A stretch of DNA of 58,083 bases, counting the filler, from Diploschistes diacapsis (Eukaryota): NCBI GenBank assembly GCA_023645945.1. It is 7 parts of 7 records of this genome, joined end to end, with 100 filler letters (N's around TTAATTAATTAA, not from the genome) between each part and the next. Parts side by side here need not be neighbours in the genome. Positions count along the whole stretch, not along the records: positions 16,665 to 24,890 come from JALAIB010001182.1; positions 24,991 to 33,203 come from JALAIB010001183.1; 5 more parts are not named here. The stretch is one strand, 5' to 3'. The notes below the pieces were generated by a model. It did not search any database, had not been told where the DNA came from, and was given only the letters and a program-made list of their open reading frames with translations. The position numbers were made by a program, and so were the translations under genes. Positions 22,033 through 33,303 of the stretch are shown here, piece after piece (position 1 is the first letter of the stretch; each line of letters opens with the position of its first letter).

Positions 22033-24385
22033 ATGTCAACGTTTTGGATACCTTGGCGGGCTGTCAAGAAGAGATCGACTCCAAGCTCTCGGACCTTCTC
22101 AGGGAACTTCAGCAATTCCTATTCTCTACCTCCCGGTAGCGTATATACAAAGTCGGCAACTTACAACTATGAAGAAGGGTAATCTGCGTCTTTGGTCTTC
22201 GAGTTTTTGCAATTTGTCTGACCATATATGCAAGGTCTGTATCGTCTACGTCAGGAATATCTACACCGACAGAGCAGCTCTTGTCTACTTTTGGGAGAAT
22301 AGAGATCTCTGCCGATGCATTGGACAGGGATCTGAAGCGGCGCACTTTGTGGGAACGTCTTACGAAGCGTCGGGCTGTCCTACGGGCGCAAGTAGGGTTA
22401 ACATTTATCGTTCTTCTAATCAACATCGTTTGGACCATCGTCGCAAGCTACACGTACGGTTCTCAAAATGGAATTGGGACAATCTTCACCGGTGATTGTG
22501 GGAAAAGCCAGCTGCTTAATGTCTATCTCCACATTGCGATCAACATTCTGTCGACACTACTTCTTGGGATCAGTAACTACTGCATGCAGCTCATCTCCGC
22601 CCCCTCTCGGGAGGAGATCGATCGCGCACATGCCCGCAAGACATGGGTCGACGTCGGCGTCCCAAGCGCGAGAAACGTATGGAAGCTGAACCTCAGCAAA
22701 AAGATAATTTGGTGCGGATTCGCAATCACGAGCGCCACGCTACATCTATTTTGGAACTCTGCCGTGTTTTATTCTTTTCCAACGTACCAGTACCGTGTGG
22801 CTGTTGTAACTTCAGACTTCCAATACATCAACCAGGCCTGGCCATCGTACGGTGGCTACGAGTTCGAACCATTGAGGCAATCGGCTGCTGGACTGGAGCT
22901 TCTCCAACCCGCGGACTGTATCAACCGTTACATAGAGCCGTTGAACGCGGGTAGAGACGTCATTGTTGTTACGAACCGAACAGCCGCGGAAAACTCCAAT
23001 AGTACTCTCATTGCCTCGACTGTGACTGGTGGAACGGTTTGGTATTTCGAAGAATACTGGATCTGCTCAAGTACGGAGATCTACAATGCGATCATACCTG
23101 GTGGATGTACCACAGATGTCGTGGACAAATTCGTTTCGAATTGGACCGTCGCCTCCGAGACTGGACTTCATCTGGGCAAAGGCTCTGTTGCTGTCGACTA
23201 CTGCCTAAGCGCCGGCATGAACGATTCTCAAGACCAATGCAGTGTGGGATTCAGCACATATATCATGACCATCGTGATTGCTATGAACGCGCTCAAATGT
23301 GCATTCGTGCTTTTTGTTCACTACAAAGCAGGCAGGTCCAGCGTCATCGGCACACTAGGCGATGCTGTTGCGTCGTTCCTCCAGGAGCCCGACCATAGCA
23401 CGGAACACATGTGCTTAGCGACGAAACGGACTTTCATGAGCAAGGCTGCTTGGCAGCCCCAGGCTATTGAATGGCGGCCCAGCAAGACCCGCTGGATTGG
23501 GGCGACTACCAAGAGACGCTTTGGGGTTACGATGGGAATGTAAGTACCCCTTCGCAACACCCTTCAAATGCAACTAAACGTTCTAGATACGCTGCCACAT
23601 TCATTGCGACTACTGGACTAATGATCGCTGGTGTCCTTGGTCGAGTCCGAGATCACAGGAGCATCGCCATCAGCTCCCTAATCTCACAGGGGCTAGGAAA
23701 CCTGGACCCCCAAGAACTTCTTTCGAACGCTAGTCGCGGTGCTCCCACAACGCTGCTAGCCACGGTCGTCATGGCCAATTCGTTCCAGGTTCTGTTCAGC
23801 TGCCTATACTACATGTACAACAGCGTTCTTAGCTGCATGCTCGTAGCACTGGAGTGGTCGCGATACAGCGTCCGCAAAAGGCCTCTGCGAGTCTCCAATC
23901 CGACGGGCGCGCAGCGCTCCTCTTACTTCCTCACGATACCCTTCCGCTACGACATTCCTCTCTTGGCAGCATCAAGTCTTCTCCAGTGGCTGGTATCACA
24001 AAGTGTGTTCCTGATAAGGATCAACAACTATGATCCCACCGGTACCAACACGCTTGTGAGCCAGAGCAGCCGCATTGGTTTCGCACCCATCGGGATCATC
24101 GCTTCGTACTTTTTGACCTGGCTGATGTTCCTCGCCTTGCTTCTCCTTGCTTTTCTCAAGGTCTACCCGCAAGGCGACAAGGCCATGCCCATGGCGTCTA
24201 CATGCTCTGCGGCCATTAGCGCATCATGCCACAGACCGCCCGGCGACTACGATGCGTGGCTGCTGCCTGTCCAGTGGGGGGTGACGCGGAGCCGGGCCGA
24301 TGAAGTCGAGCAAAAGCCCGGTCATTGTTCCTTCACGACTGCGAGGGACGTGTCGCCGCCGATTGAGGGGAGATTCTATGCGTGA
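22033..24385 (+). CDS. DUF6536-like multi-pass membrane protein
   Basis: Exons 22033-22178, 22235-23539, 23587-24385 are phase-compatible. GDC..LHIAINILSTLLLGISNYCMQ..APSREEIDRAH..W.DVGVPSARN, QRSSYFL.IP.RY, CSAAISASCH, GHCSFT. Confidence 0.8.
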
Positions 24386-24890
24386 ACGGGGGTTGAAGCC
24401 TGGCTGGGTGGGGCTAGTGGATTCGATGAGAAAAAAAGTTTATTGCGCTTTCCCAGCTGCAAAGAACGTGTCGTCACGCCACTATTGCGTGGAGGGAAGG
24501 CTTTATGTGTAACGAATTCAATTAACGAGTCTAAAACAAATGAATGAATCAATAATTCTAAAAAAAAACTTTTACGATACAAGTCAGAGAACCATGCATC
24601 CATGCCAAAGAAGTTGGCATGCCAGTCACGCACCGCTGGCGACATTGATAACCGCTACAGCCTCCCCCGTCAGTCACAACCCCCAACCTCTTTTTTTCCC
24701 TCGCCATCGTAGTCTCCTTTGCCTGACCGCCATATCAGAGATGATCTCCTCACTGCCATCACCACCAACAAACCTACAATCCCAACGTATCAGCCTCCAC
24801 CCACACCCAAAAAAACAACAATGGGTCCCAGCCCTCACCATCATCCTCAATCTCCCTCAAAATCTGCTCCACACCACCCCTCTCATACCC

Positions 24891-24990
24891 NNNNNNNNNN
24901 NNNNNNNNNNNNNNNNNNNNNNNNNNNNNNNNNNTTAATTAATTAANNNNNNNNNNNNNNNNNNNNNNNNNNNNNNNNNNNNNNNNNNNN
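24891..24990. other. Artificial contig spacer
   Basis: N44-TTAATTAATTAA-N44. Confidence 0.98.
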
Positions 24991-25324
24991 GGATAGGGTC
25001 AATAAGGGAGTTTTGACAGGTGACGCGTAGGCTCTAGCCTGTCTGGCTTCTTCCCCCAACCCTCAAGAAGAGGGCAAGGAAGTTGTGCCGGGTACTGCGA
25101 GGTGATTTTTTCTTCCGAACAGACTCACATCTTCAATATTGCTGCGGAGCTTTCATTCAGTAAGTGTGCGCAGAAAGGCGACAGCGAGCCTCAGAACATT
25201 GGTCGAGAAATCCAAAATAGTGCATAGATTCCCTCTACCTCTCGACCTCGTACGTACGTGGCTCTTAGCCTTAATCCTCGATACTTTGAGTCCCTGTCCC
25301 GGACGTTCCTCCTTTCGCCATCTC

Positions 25325-25390
25325 GCGGCTTGTGGGCTTGTTGGCTTGCGGCTTGCGGCTTGTGGCTTGTGGCTTATGGCTTGTGGCTTT
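25325..25390. repeat. Degenerate (GGCTTGY)n 7-bp tandem repeat
   Basis: About nine units: gcggcttgtgggcttgttggcttgcggcttgcggcttgtggcttgtggcttatggcttgtggctt. Confidence 0.85.
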
Positions 25391-25567
25391 TTCGATTTCT
25401 ACGTGGAAGATCAGCGCTTTTCTCGGACTCCTCTCCGGCCCTTTTCGGCTTTTCGGCTTTTCTGCTTTTCTGCCCCGGATGCGCGAAAGCTTGGCAAACC
25501 CTCCAAACTCTAAGCGCGGATCCTATCGTCAGAATGAGGTAATGGTCATTTCTTCCATAATTGCTTG

Positions 25568-25640
25568 CAGATACACATGCAGATACAGATACAGTACAGT
25601 ACAGTACAGATACAGATACAGATATAGATACAGATATACA
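25568..25640. repeat. (CAGATA)n/(CAGTA)n microsatellite
   Basis: cagatacagatacagtacagtacagtacagatacagatacagatatagatacagata. Confidence 0.85.
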
Positions 25641-27044
25641 CTACAGATAGAGTTGCACTACTACGCTGTCCCTTTCGTCAGCCCCCGGCTTGAGGGGCAC
25701 TCCTTGGTGCACAGCGTTTTGAGTCCGAGTATAAGGCCGAAGATGCACTTTGGCTTGTGATTGGGTGGGCAAAGGAGGAAGCGAATGCTGGATGCACTCC
25801 CGCTACAGGGTCTGAGTGTGAAGGCTTCTCATTTCTCGCTTCAGGTTGTGGAGGGTTTGTGCGAGGTGTTCGCCTCATGGTGTACAGGCATCGGATATGC
25901 TCGTGTTCATTTGGCTGCATGGGTGCGTGCAAGTATGTGTATGCGCGGACCGGGTCCGTGATCCTTAGCCTGTTTCCCCTCTACTCTTTGTCCAAAACAA
26001 GCCATGTCCTGTGCTTGCGAAAAGTCTGATTCCTAGGCATGAAAGCTTCTGCGTTACTTTACTTGGACGACATGAAAAATGCGGGCATGGCGGATGCGTT
26101 TGGTGAAGGATGGACCCTGTTTTATAGAGGCTCCCCCAATGCTCAATTGGAAGAGAAGCGGAGCTTCAACAACTCTTTATGGCGTCTGATTGATGTCGCA
26201 CAGAGGGGACAAACCCACAGTGAAGCTCTGATGAACATCACAACTTCAAAGCTGTCCCATGGTCACAGTCCGTTGCCGGGTCATAGGCTCAGGGAGTCAA
26301 GCACTTGTCAACAAAGAAGGTATCCACACAGCCTTTCATCTCAATTTCCAGGGCGGCGATTGACCTCGGGGTGCCGGAGAGTAAGTAGATACAACTACTT
26401 AAAGTGGATTATTTTTGACATGGTGACGAAGCAACCTTCGTGTGCTTCCTTGCCTATCTAGACGCGGATAGTAGTGCTTACTCTGGTATGCTTGTAATCG
26501 ATGCCAAGGATCGAAGACGATGTTTTGTATTATTGTTTTTGGAAAGAAACAGAAAAAAGGATTTCTTTGACAAGTGGAAGTCTGGACAGAGGTACCAGTG
26601 ACAGTGAGGGAACCGTGGCATGGAGGAATAGGTATCTAGTAAGTAGTAAGTAGATACACTCTGTAATGAAGGAAATAAAAGGTCCATAGTTTTTTTTAGC
26701 TTTCTCTCTCCTGCCCAGTGTGTCCCGCTGAATCAAGCTAAACCCACTCACAACTCCCCGCTATCCTCAACTTGCACACTGCTCGCTCTCGTACTTCCGT
26801 ACTCGTTTTTCTCTTTTTCTTCCCCTTCCCCTTCCCTCTTCCCTCTTCTTCACTCTTTAAAAACCCCCCAGCATCTACACGCATCTTCGTTCGAGGCAGA
26901 GGTAGCCGGTGTATACTGTCGGTTGTTTTGATCCCGTTCCTCCCTGTTCTTAAGCGTCGCCGGTGTTCTTGATTTCTTGATATCGACTCGGTACTTCACC
27001 TTTGGATTTCCGTCCCGCCTGTTACTATCTTCTTAAACAAACCA

Positions 27045-27808
27045 GTAAGTGAATCAAGTTTTTTTTCCTGCCTGTAAACCGTCCGCGGTGAAGACTCGGC
27101 CTCGACTGGACGTCGCCCGATCGCGATTTCACCTCCCAAAGGCATGGTGCATGCGACAACCTCCTAATCTGGCAGTTGTGCTATAGTCATCGCAAAGCTC
27201 TTCATTGAAGGGCTGTGGTGGTTGGTGTCTGCTGCACCAGGATTTTCCATTGCGTTGACGAGCCGGAGCATGAACTTCGGAACCGATCAAGCTGTCGCAT
27301 CGCTTTCGGGAGGGAATGCTGCCATTAGGTGCATGCTGCCGCCCTTTGAGCTCATTGCGCCGACACTCCGTCGATGCGCCCACGCAATCCCAGACAGCTG
27401 GCTGACTCTTGTTGAAACAGAAACTGAAGTCTATCAGCATTTCTCGAATCCAACAACACGCGCTGCTAGCCTTACGCAAGCGCTGCAAAGGAAGAACACC
27501 GGGCTTGTTTGCAAGGTCTCCGTCAAGCAGTGCTAGCCACGAGCATCTTCGAACCCTCTTCGAACCCTCTCTATCGAAGATAAGGTTTTGTCTCGGAAGT
27601 TGAGCTGCACGAAGCTCTGTAGGATCATAAAAGTTTGTAATATCACCGTGTGTTTGCTTGTGTCCACGTCAACAGCTGCTTAGGTATGTCACACGCAACG
27701 ATATTTGCTATCTTCTTTTCCATTCACCATACTCTTTGTGCAAACCATATGGTCATCCTCCCATCATCATGATAATGTACTAGGACTAACTGTACTCATC
27801 TTCTACAG
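27045..27808 (+). other. Probable long 5'-UTR intron of NAM8/NGR1
   Basis: GTAAGT donor at 27045 downstream of a pyrimidine-rich tract (about 26780-26860). ACTAAC branch and CAG acceptor at 27808, about 200 nt before the ATG. Confidence 0.55.
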
Positions 27809-28009
27809 TCGGCCTCTTAACAGTTATTCCAACTTGCGCCGCCCCCCGCGTACTATTCAAGACTTGAAACCCCCCGCGCGTACCTCAACATTAGAACTCC
27901 CTGCGGATAGTCTTAATATATTTGAATCCGACTTCCGAAAAGTATTCATTGCGGTATCGAAGCTCCGCTTTTACCCCAGTTCTTGTTCTTCACTACTACA
28001 ACGTTCAAG

Positions 28010-29572
28010 ATGAGTTTCCAAGCTTACGACCAGAACCAAGCTCAATCCGGGCCTCCTCCAGGAGCTCAAGCCCCCCAACAGCAGCAGGAGGGTATGCAAG
28101 GTCAGCCGGGCATGGACGGCTCTCAGCAAATGTTCCAAGGTGGTGGACAAGGCTCCGATGGCGCCTCAGCTGGCGGTCAAGGGAATGGCGATTCAAAGAC
28201 TACTCTTTGGTAAGTGAATACTCCTGAGATCGTATTCCGTTGGGAGCGCCGTATAATTTTGCATACAACAATCTACCCAGTCGCAGCCGTTTACTCTGAT
28301 TGCCGGTCAGTCGTTGCTGTTTCATGAAGGATATGACCGCCATCGGTGCGCATCCGGCTAATGTTGACACGCACAGGATGGGCGAACTTGAGCCTTGGAT
28401 CGATGAAAACTTTGTACGCTCCGTGTGGTACGGCATGGGCGAACAGGTCAATGTCAAGATGATTCGCGATAAGTTTTCTGGGTACGCCTCTTCTACCCCG
28501 CTGATCTTTGTGTACTCGCGTTTAACTCGTGCTTGCTGATTATAGTAGCAACGCCGGTTACTGCTTCGTCGACTTCCCAAACCCTGCCGCAGCTGCCAAA
28601 GCTTTGAGTCTCAACGGGCAACCGATACCAAACTCGAGCCGTCCCTTCAAATTGAACTGGGCTTCTGGCGGAGGCTTACAGGATCGAAGGTGAAGCCCCT
28701 CTTCATACCTCTTTCAAAGTCACATGTTCAGAAGAATATACGCTAACATGACTATCATTTTCCACAGCCGCGAAGAGCGTCCCGCTGAGCACTCCATCTT
28801 CGTTGGTGATCTCGGGCCCGAAGTCAATGAATTCGTTCTCGTATCTTTGTTTCAAAACCGTTTTCCTTCATGCAAATCTGCCAAGATCATGACCGATCCC
28901 ATCACCGGCGTTTCTCGTGGCTATGGCTTCGTTCGTTTCTCCGATCAGCAGGACCAAGAGCGTGCTCTCAGGGAGATGCAGGGTGTCTACTGCGGCAATC
29001 GTCCTATGCGCGTCTCAGCTGCTACCCCAAAGACCAACCGGCAGGGCGGAGCTCAGCAGAGCGGTCCGATGAACATGCCTGGGGGACAGCCGGGGCCAAT
29101 GGGCGGCATGTACGCCATGGGAGGAGCACCGATGGGTTACTACGGACAGCCACAGCCGATGAATCAATTCACCGATCCCAACAATACCACCGTCTTTGTC
29201 GGCGGCCTGTCCGGCTACGTCACCGAGGACGAGCTCCGCTCCTTCTTCCAGGGCTTCGGAGAGATCACCTATGTCAAGATTCCTCCCGGAAAGGGCTGCG
29301 GCTTCGTTCAGTTTGTGCAGCGTCATGCTGCAGAGATGGCGATCAACCAGATGCAAGGTTATCCCATCGGCAACTCTCGGGTCCGTCTTAGCTGGGGCCG
29401 CTCTCAGAACAACTCCGGGCCTGCCGGCACTCCCTATCGTCCAGCGCCTCCTCCACCCGTCTACCCATCCATGGGCATGCCACCTCAACACAATTTCGGC
29501 AACTACGCTCCTATGAAGGTACATGATACCCCTTTGAGATTGTCATACGCTGGCTAACAATCTTTACAGTAA
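28010..29572 (+). CDS. NAM8: Three-RRM RNA-binding protein of the Nam8/Ngr1/Csx1 family (short isoform)
   Basis: Exons 28010-28209, 28377-28481, 28546-28689, 28768-29518, stop TAA 29570-29572. TLWMGEL, AGYCFVDF, SIFVGDL..RGYGFVRF, TVFVGGL..KGCGFVQF. Confidence 0.92.
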
Positions 29573-30193
29573 GGCAATGTTTCTTCTCAATCGGGTTGCA
29601 TAGCGTGGCGTCCACATTCTGCCTTTTGCTTGGTTTGACTCGGGAAGTGCTACGTTCTCATACCCCATGTTCGAAGAACTGCTTGACGGTGGTCGCCTGC
29701 TTTTCGTCTGGGTTTGCTTGCTACGATAACGAAGACGCCACGACAGTGATACCAACGTTGGTGCCAGACGAGCTTCACGAAAGAAACTCGACGGCCGTCG
29801 GTTAGGATGTGTGCCCTAGTTACTTTATTCAGGGCTTGCAGATTCGTTTCCTCCTTGTCCAACATCCAATTTGCTCATACTATGCGGTCAATTTCCTGGA
29901 CGACCACTTTACGCTTCCAGTACTGAGTCTGGAAGGGGCTAGCTAGCTGGCCCCGTGGCGGTGAAGGTAACTCTGGCAGTAATGTCTTGGTCAATGGCTT
30001 GTACTGCTAGCTAGTCTGCGAGAGATAGAACCACGTGCATTTAATGTCTTACAGAAGCACCTGAATGTGTGATTGAAAACCTGAGTCTCATTCGCGTTAT
30101 TTTACTTCAACAGCCTTTCCTAGCCCTCCCCTGCTCTCTTACAATTATCACATCCTTCGAGTAACACATAGCTAACCATTGTATAACCCGCAG

Positions 30194-30401
30194 TTCTTAT
30201 GCCGTCCACAACCACTTGGCCAACAGAGCCGAGCTCGCAAATGCCCAAGGCCCGCCTGGTGCTTTGAGTCCGAGCGCAACTGGCCCGACCCAAGGCATGT
30301 CCCCGGAGAGCATGAACGAAGCCTTTGTCGCGCAACGCCAGGCGGTCAGCGACCGCCTCGAAGCCGAGAGCAGAGGTCATGACAGCGTCTTTGCGCAATA
30401 A
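30194..30401 (+). CDS. Predicted alternative terminal exon of NAM8/NGR1 (68 codons plus stop)
   Basis: GCTAAC branch 30171-30176 and CAG acceptor 30191-30193. Open frame SYAVHNHL...SMNEAFVAQRQAVSDRLEAESRGHDSVFAQ*. Phase 2 matches the donor formed at G29518. Confidence 0.65.
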
Positions 30402-31042
30402 AATAGGTGGTATATATGAGCGTACTTTGCAGTGGGCAAAAATGGTAACTTGTCTCGCTTTCTGTCAGTCAGAGTGCCTCAGCTAGTACGTTCGGCCAGC
30501 GAGGCGTTTGTGGTGCGATGGGGGGTTTGTCGGTCTCGAGGTATCTTCAATCGACAGCTTAAAAAAAATGCAAACGTTACTACTCTCGAACCATGGCCCA
30601 TCTGGTGTTGAAGCGGCAACGTCTACTCGAGCAGGGCAGATACAGTGCCATACTATACCTAGTGCATCCCGGTGCCTTCGTTTGGCTTATGTGCCTGTCC
30701 ATCTGTCACAAAGAACATTTTTTGACCTCAACTTCACGCGTATTCTAGCCAACCGGGCAGCTCCATACAAATGCCCTAGTTTCCATTCTCTCACAATCCA
30801 TCGGTGATGTTATGACCCTCTGCAGCCGAGTGGCGAAAACGCTGGCTCTTTCCCCCTCGCCAAATTTCGACAAAAAGGGCAAGCGCCTCACATCGAAGTT
30901 TGTTTTTTATGGGGGTCTAAGATTCTATTGTTTCCTCTTCATTATTCTACATTTTGCTTCTTCAAATTACTCAGTCATTGGTCGAGTGAACATTCCGTTA
31001 GCGAAACAGCTTTGGAGAGGCCAATCCTCGAGCAACTGGAAG

Positions 31043-32929
31043 ATGAGATACCTTAGTTGGGATGTTCTATTGTTCCCGGCGGAATCTCGAGTGCCGATCC
31101 AGGAATTCAAAACTGCCTGCTATGCCGTCGTAGATTCAGAGATAATGGACGGTCAAAATGGCAGGTACATCCGGGAGATTCGCTGGAGAGCTTGTACTGA
31201 CATATAATTCTAGACTGTGACCGTCAAATACCCGTCCTTACCTCCTTTACCGCCAGCCAAGGGTTTGGCACTCCCTTCAAGGTCTCGATACATACATGGG
31301 ATGTGCCTGAATTCAGCAAGGATCTTCAAACCATGGCTCAGCATGACAAAACTCCCTATCACGAGGCTCGGGTAATAATTGATGGCGTCTTGGTAGCGTA
31401 CGTGAGCCACGAATTTGAAGGTTCACGCTGAGCTTAAAATCAAGCAGCTGGATGATGCTTGCATCTCCCAGTTCATATCCGCGGATAATAGGTGATTGGA
31501 TCCCTCGCGCCTGTAAGCACACGCATTACTTACAAAATCAGATACTGGCTACCGTAAGCCAACCTTCACCGATAGCTAAAAGCATTCGCCAGTGCATTGA
31601 CGAGCATAGGAATGACGAAGACAGGCTCAAAGGATGTCCTACGCTGGCCTGCCTTTCAGACCGAACAGCTCGCGCGTACCTACTGGAGTGCTGGAGAGAA
31701 CATGGGCCGCATCAAGGTGACTATAGCTGAAGGATATGCCAAGGATGGAGAACACTCGCGCTTTGTAAGGACTAGGAATGTAGTTACTTTCTCCTTTCAA
31801 CATGCTCCCCTAAGTACGTATCAGAACCCGGGGGAACGATCGATAGGGTTAATACGATATAGGTATCCTAGAAAACAACAGCATTGCATGGCCGAACAAA
31901 GACATGTGGCTGCCAATGTTGCCAAATACGACGGGGCTAATGTCACCCTACAAGTCAGAGCATACGCCTACAGACTTTGAGCTTCATTCTCATTCTCCAT
32001 TTCCACATATCGACTTTTCGACCCTCATCTCGAAGGAGCAATCCACGTTTGGCCGCGCTACCAATAGCCTCGAGCATTCGATGCCTCCACCTCCTTTGCC
32101 TTCGCATATCCAACAAAGACACGTCGCTTGGGGCAGCCCCGATCTTGCGAACGATCCCTTTGTTGACTCGAAGCCAACGTTGCCCAAGGTCGTGGATGTA
32201 CCTTCCATTGAGTGTAATTATGCCGACGGCGACAATGCTCTGGTTCCGTCGTTTGCGAAACCAAAATCTAGTTTTTTGGACAAGAGCTTCCTCAGCCTTT
32301 TGCCCCTGCAGACGCGATGGGAAGAGTCACTGCAGCGGCCAACATCTCAAAAGGGGGGTCGGTCGAACAACCTAGATCTAACCAGGCTGGGGGAAGTCGG
32401 CGAGGACAGCACTCTTCCCGTGTCTACGAATGTGGATTCGGTACGAACGACTCGTAGTTTTGCACCAAATTCGCAGACGGTCTTTAGCCTCCCAGCTACC
32501 GGTCACAGTCTTTCGAAGTCGAGTGCTGTTGACAGCAACGGCAGGAAGCTCCCGAGCGCGGATACAGTAATCAGGTCCCTTGAAGACGACGATCCATGTA
32601 GGCAAGACGGTCTGGCTCGGCCGCAGATCCGCCATGATCTTGAGCTTGGAAGGAAGGAGCAGCCTGCGAGTTTCGAGGCACTAGAGGTTCTGGGAGAGCT
32701 TCACACAAACCGGTTGTCCTTTGACTCTCCTCAAGCCCCGAACAGAGGAATAGAACGCCACAACATAGGGTCAACGCCCAGCAAGCTCGCGGGCGAGAAG
32801 AGAAAGAGAGGAGCCGGTAGCTACACCCGTCCAAGAAGGAGTGCATCGGTAAATTCGACACCATCGTCCACCAGAAAGAAGGGGAAGGTTGGAGACGGTA
32901 TCGAGAATCGGCCGCTGGGAACTCAATGA
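31043..32929 (+). CDS. Conserved fungal hypothetical protein with disordered C-terminus
   Basis: MRYLSWDVLLFP..VPIQEFKT, PFKVSIHTW, GRIKVTIAEG, FSFQHAPL|SILE..IAWPN..MW. Approximate introns 31161-31213 (GC donor), 31398-31447, 31492-31541, 31554-31609, 31814-31862. Confidence 0.7.
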
Positions 32930-33203
32930 GCTGAGAAAGGACGATAACAGGCCCGCTACGGGTCTGGACTGAGTTGTAGAAGAATGGCTCGAACTTGCAC
33001 AAAGTTGCCCCTTTTTAGAGCTAAAAAAACAATATAAGAACTTACACGCGGGCTGGCAATTTCAAAAGGACCCAGATAACTTGGCCCCTTTCTCTTAGCT
33101 TCTTTTGCGTGCCCTAAGCTGCAGCAGCATTCTCAGTTAGTACCGTCTACGTTGTTCTCTCTCGGAAGCAGCTATGACTTCTTGCACCATCGATCATGTA
33201 ACA

Positions 33204-33303
33204 NNNNNNNNNNNNNNNNNNNNNNNNNNNNNNNNNNNNNNNNNNNNTTAATTAATTAANNNNNNNNNNNNNNNNNNNNNNNNNNNNNNNNNNNNNNNNN
33301 NNN
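33204..33303. other. Artificial contig spacer
   Basis: N44-TTAATTAATTAA-N44. Confidence 0.98.

Noticed and set aside
24600..24890. Possible 3' end of a minus-strand gene at the contig edge
   Set aside because: An intron-like signal is present but no convincing peptide can be assembled
24991..27000. Many short overlapping ORFs (LAACGL and YRYRY repeats)
   Set aside because: Translations of microsatellites in the long upstream region of NAM8/NGR1
30114..30193. Alternative route to the NAM8 distal exon via acceptor 30113 and a 33-nt intron (30161-30193)
   Set aside because: In frame, but 33 nt is below usual fungal intron size and the added peptide looks like pyrimidine-rich intron sequence; the stwintron model fits better
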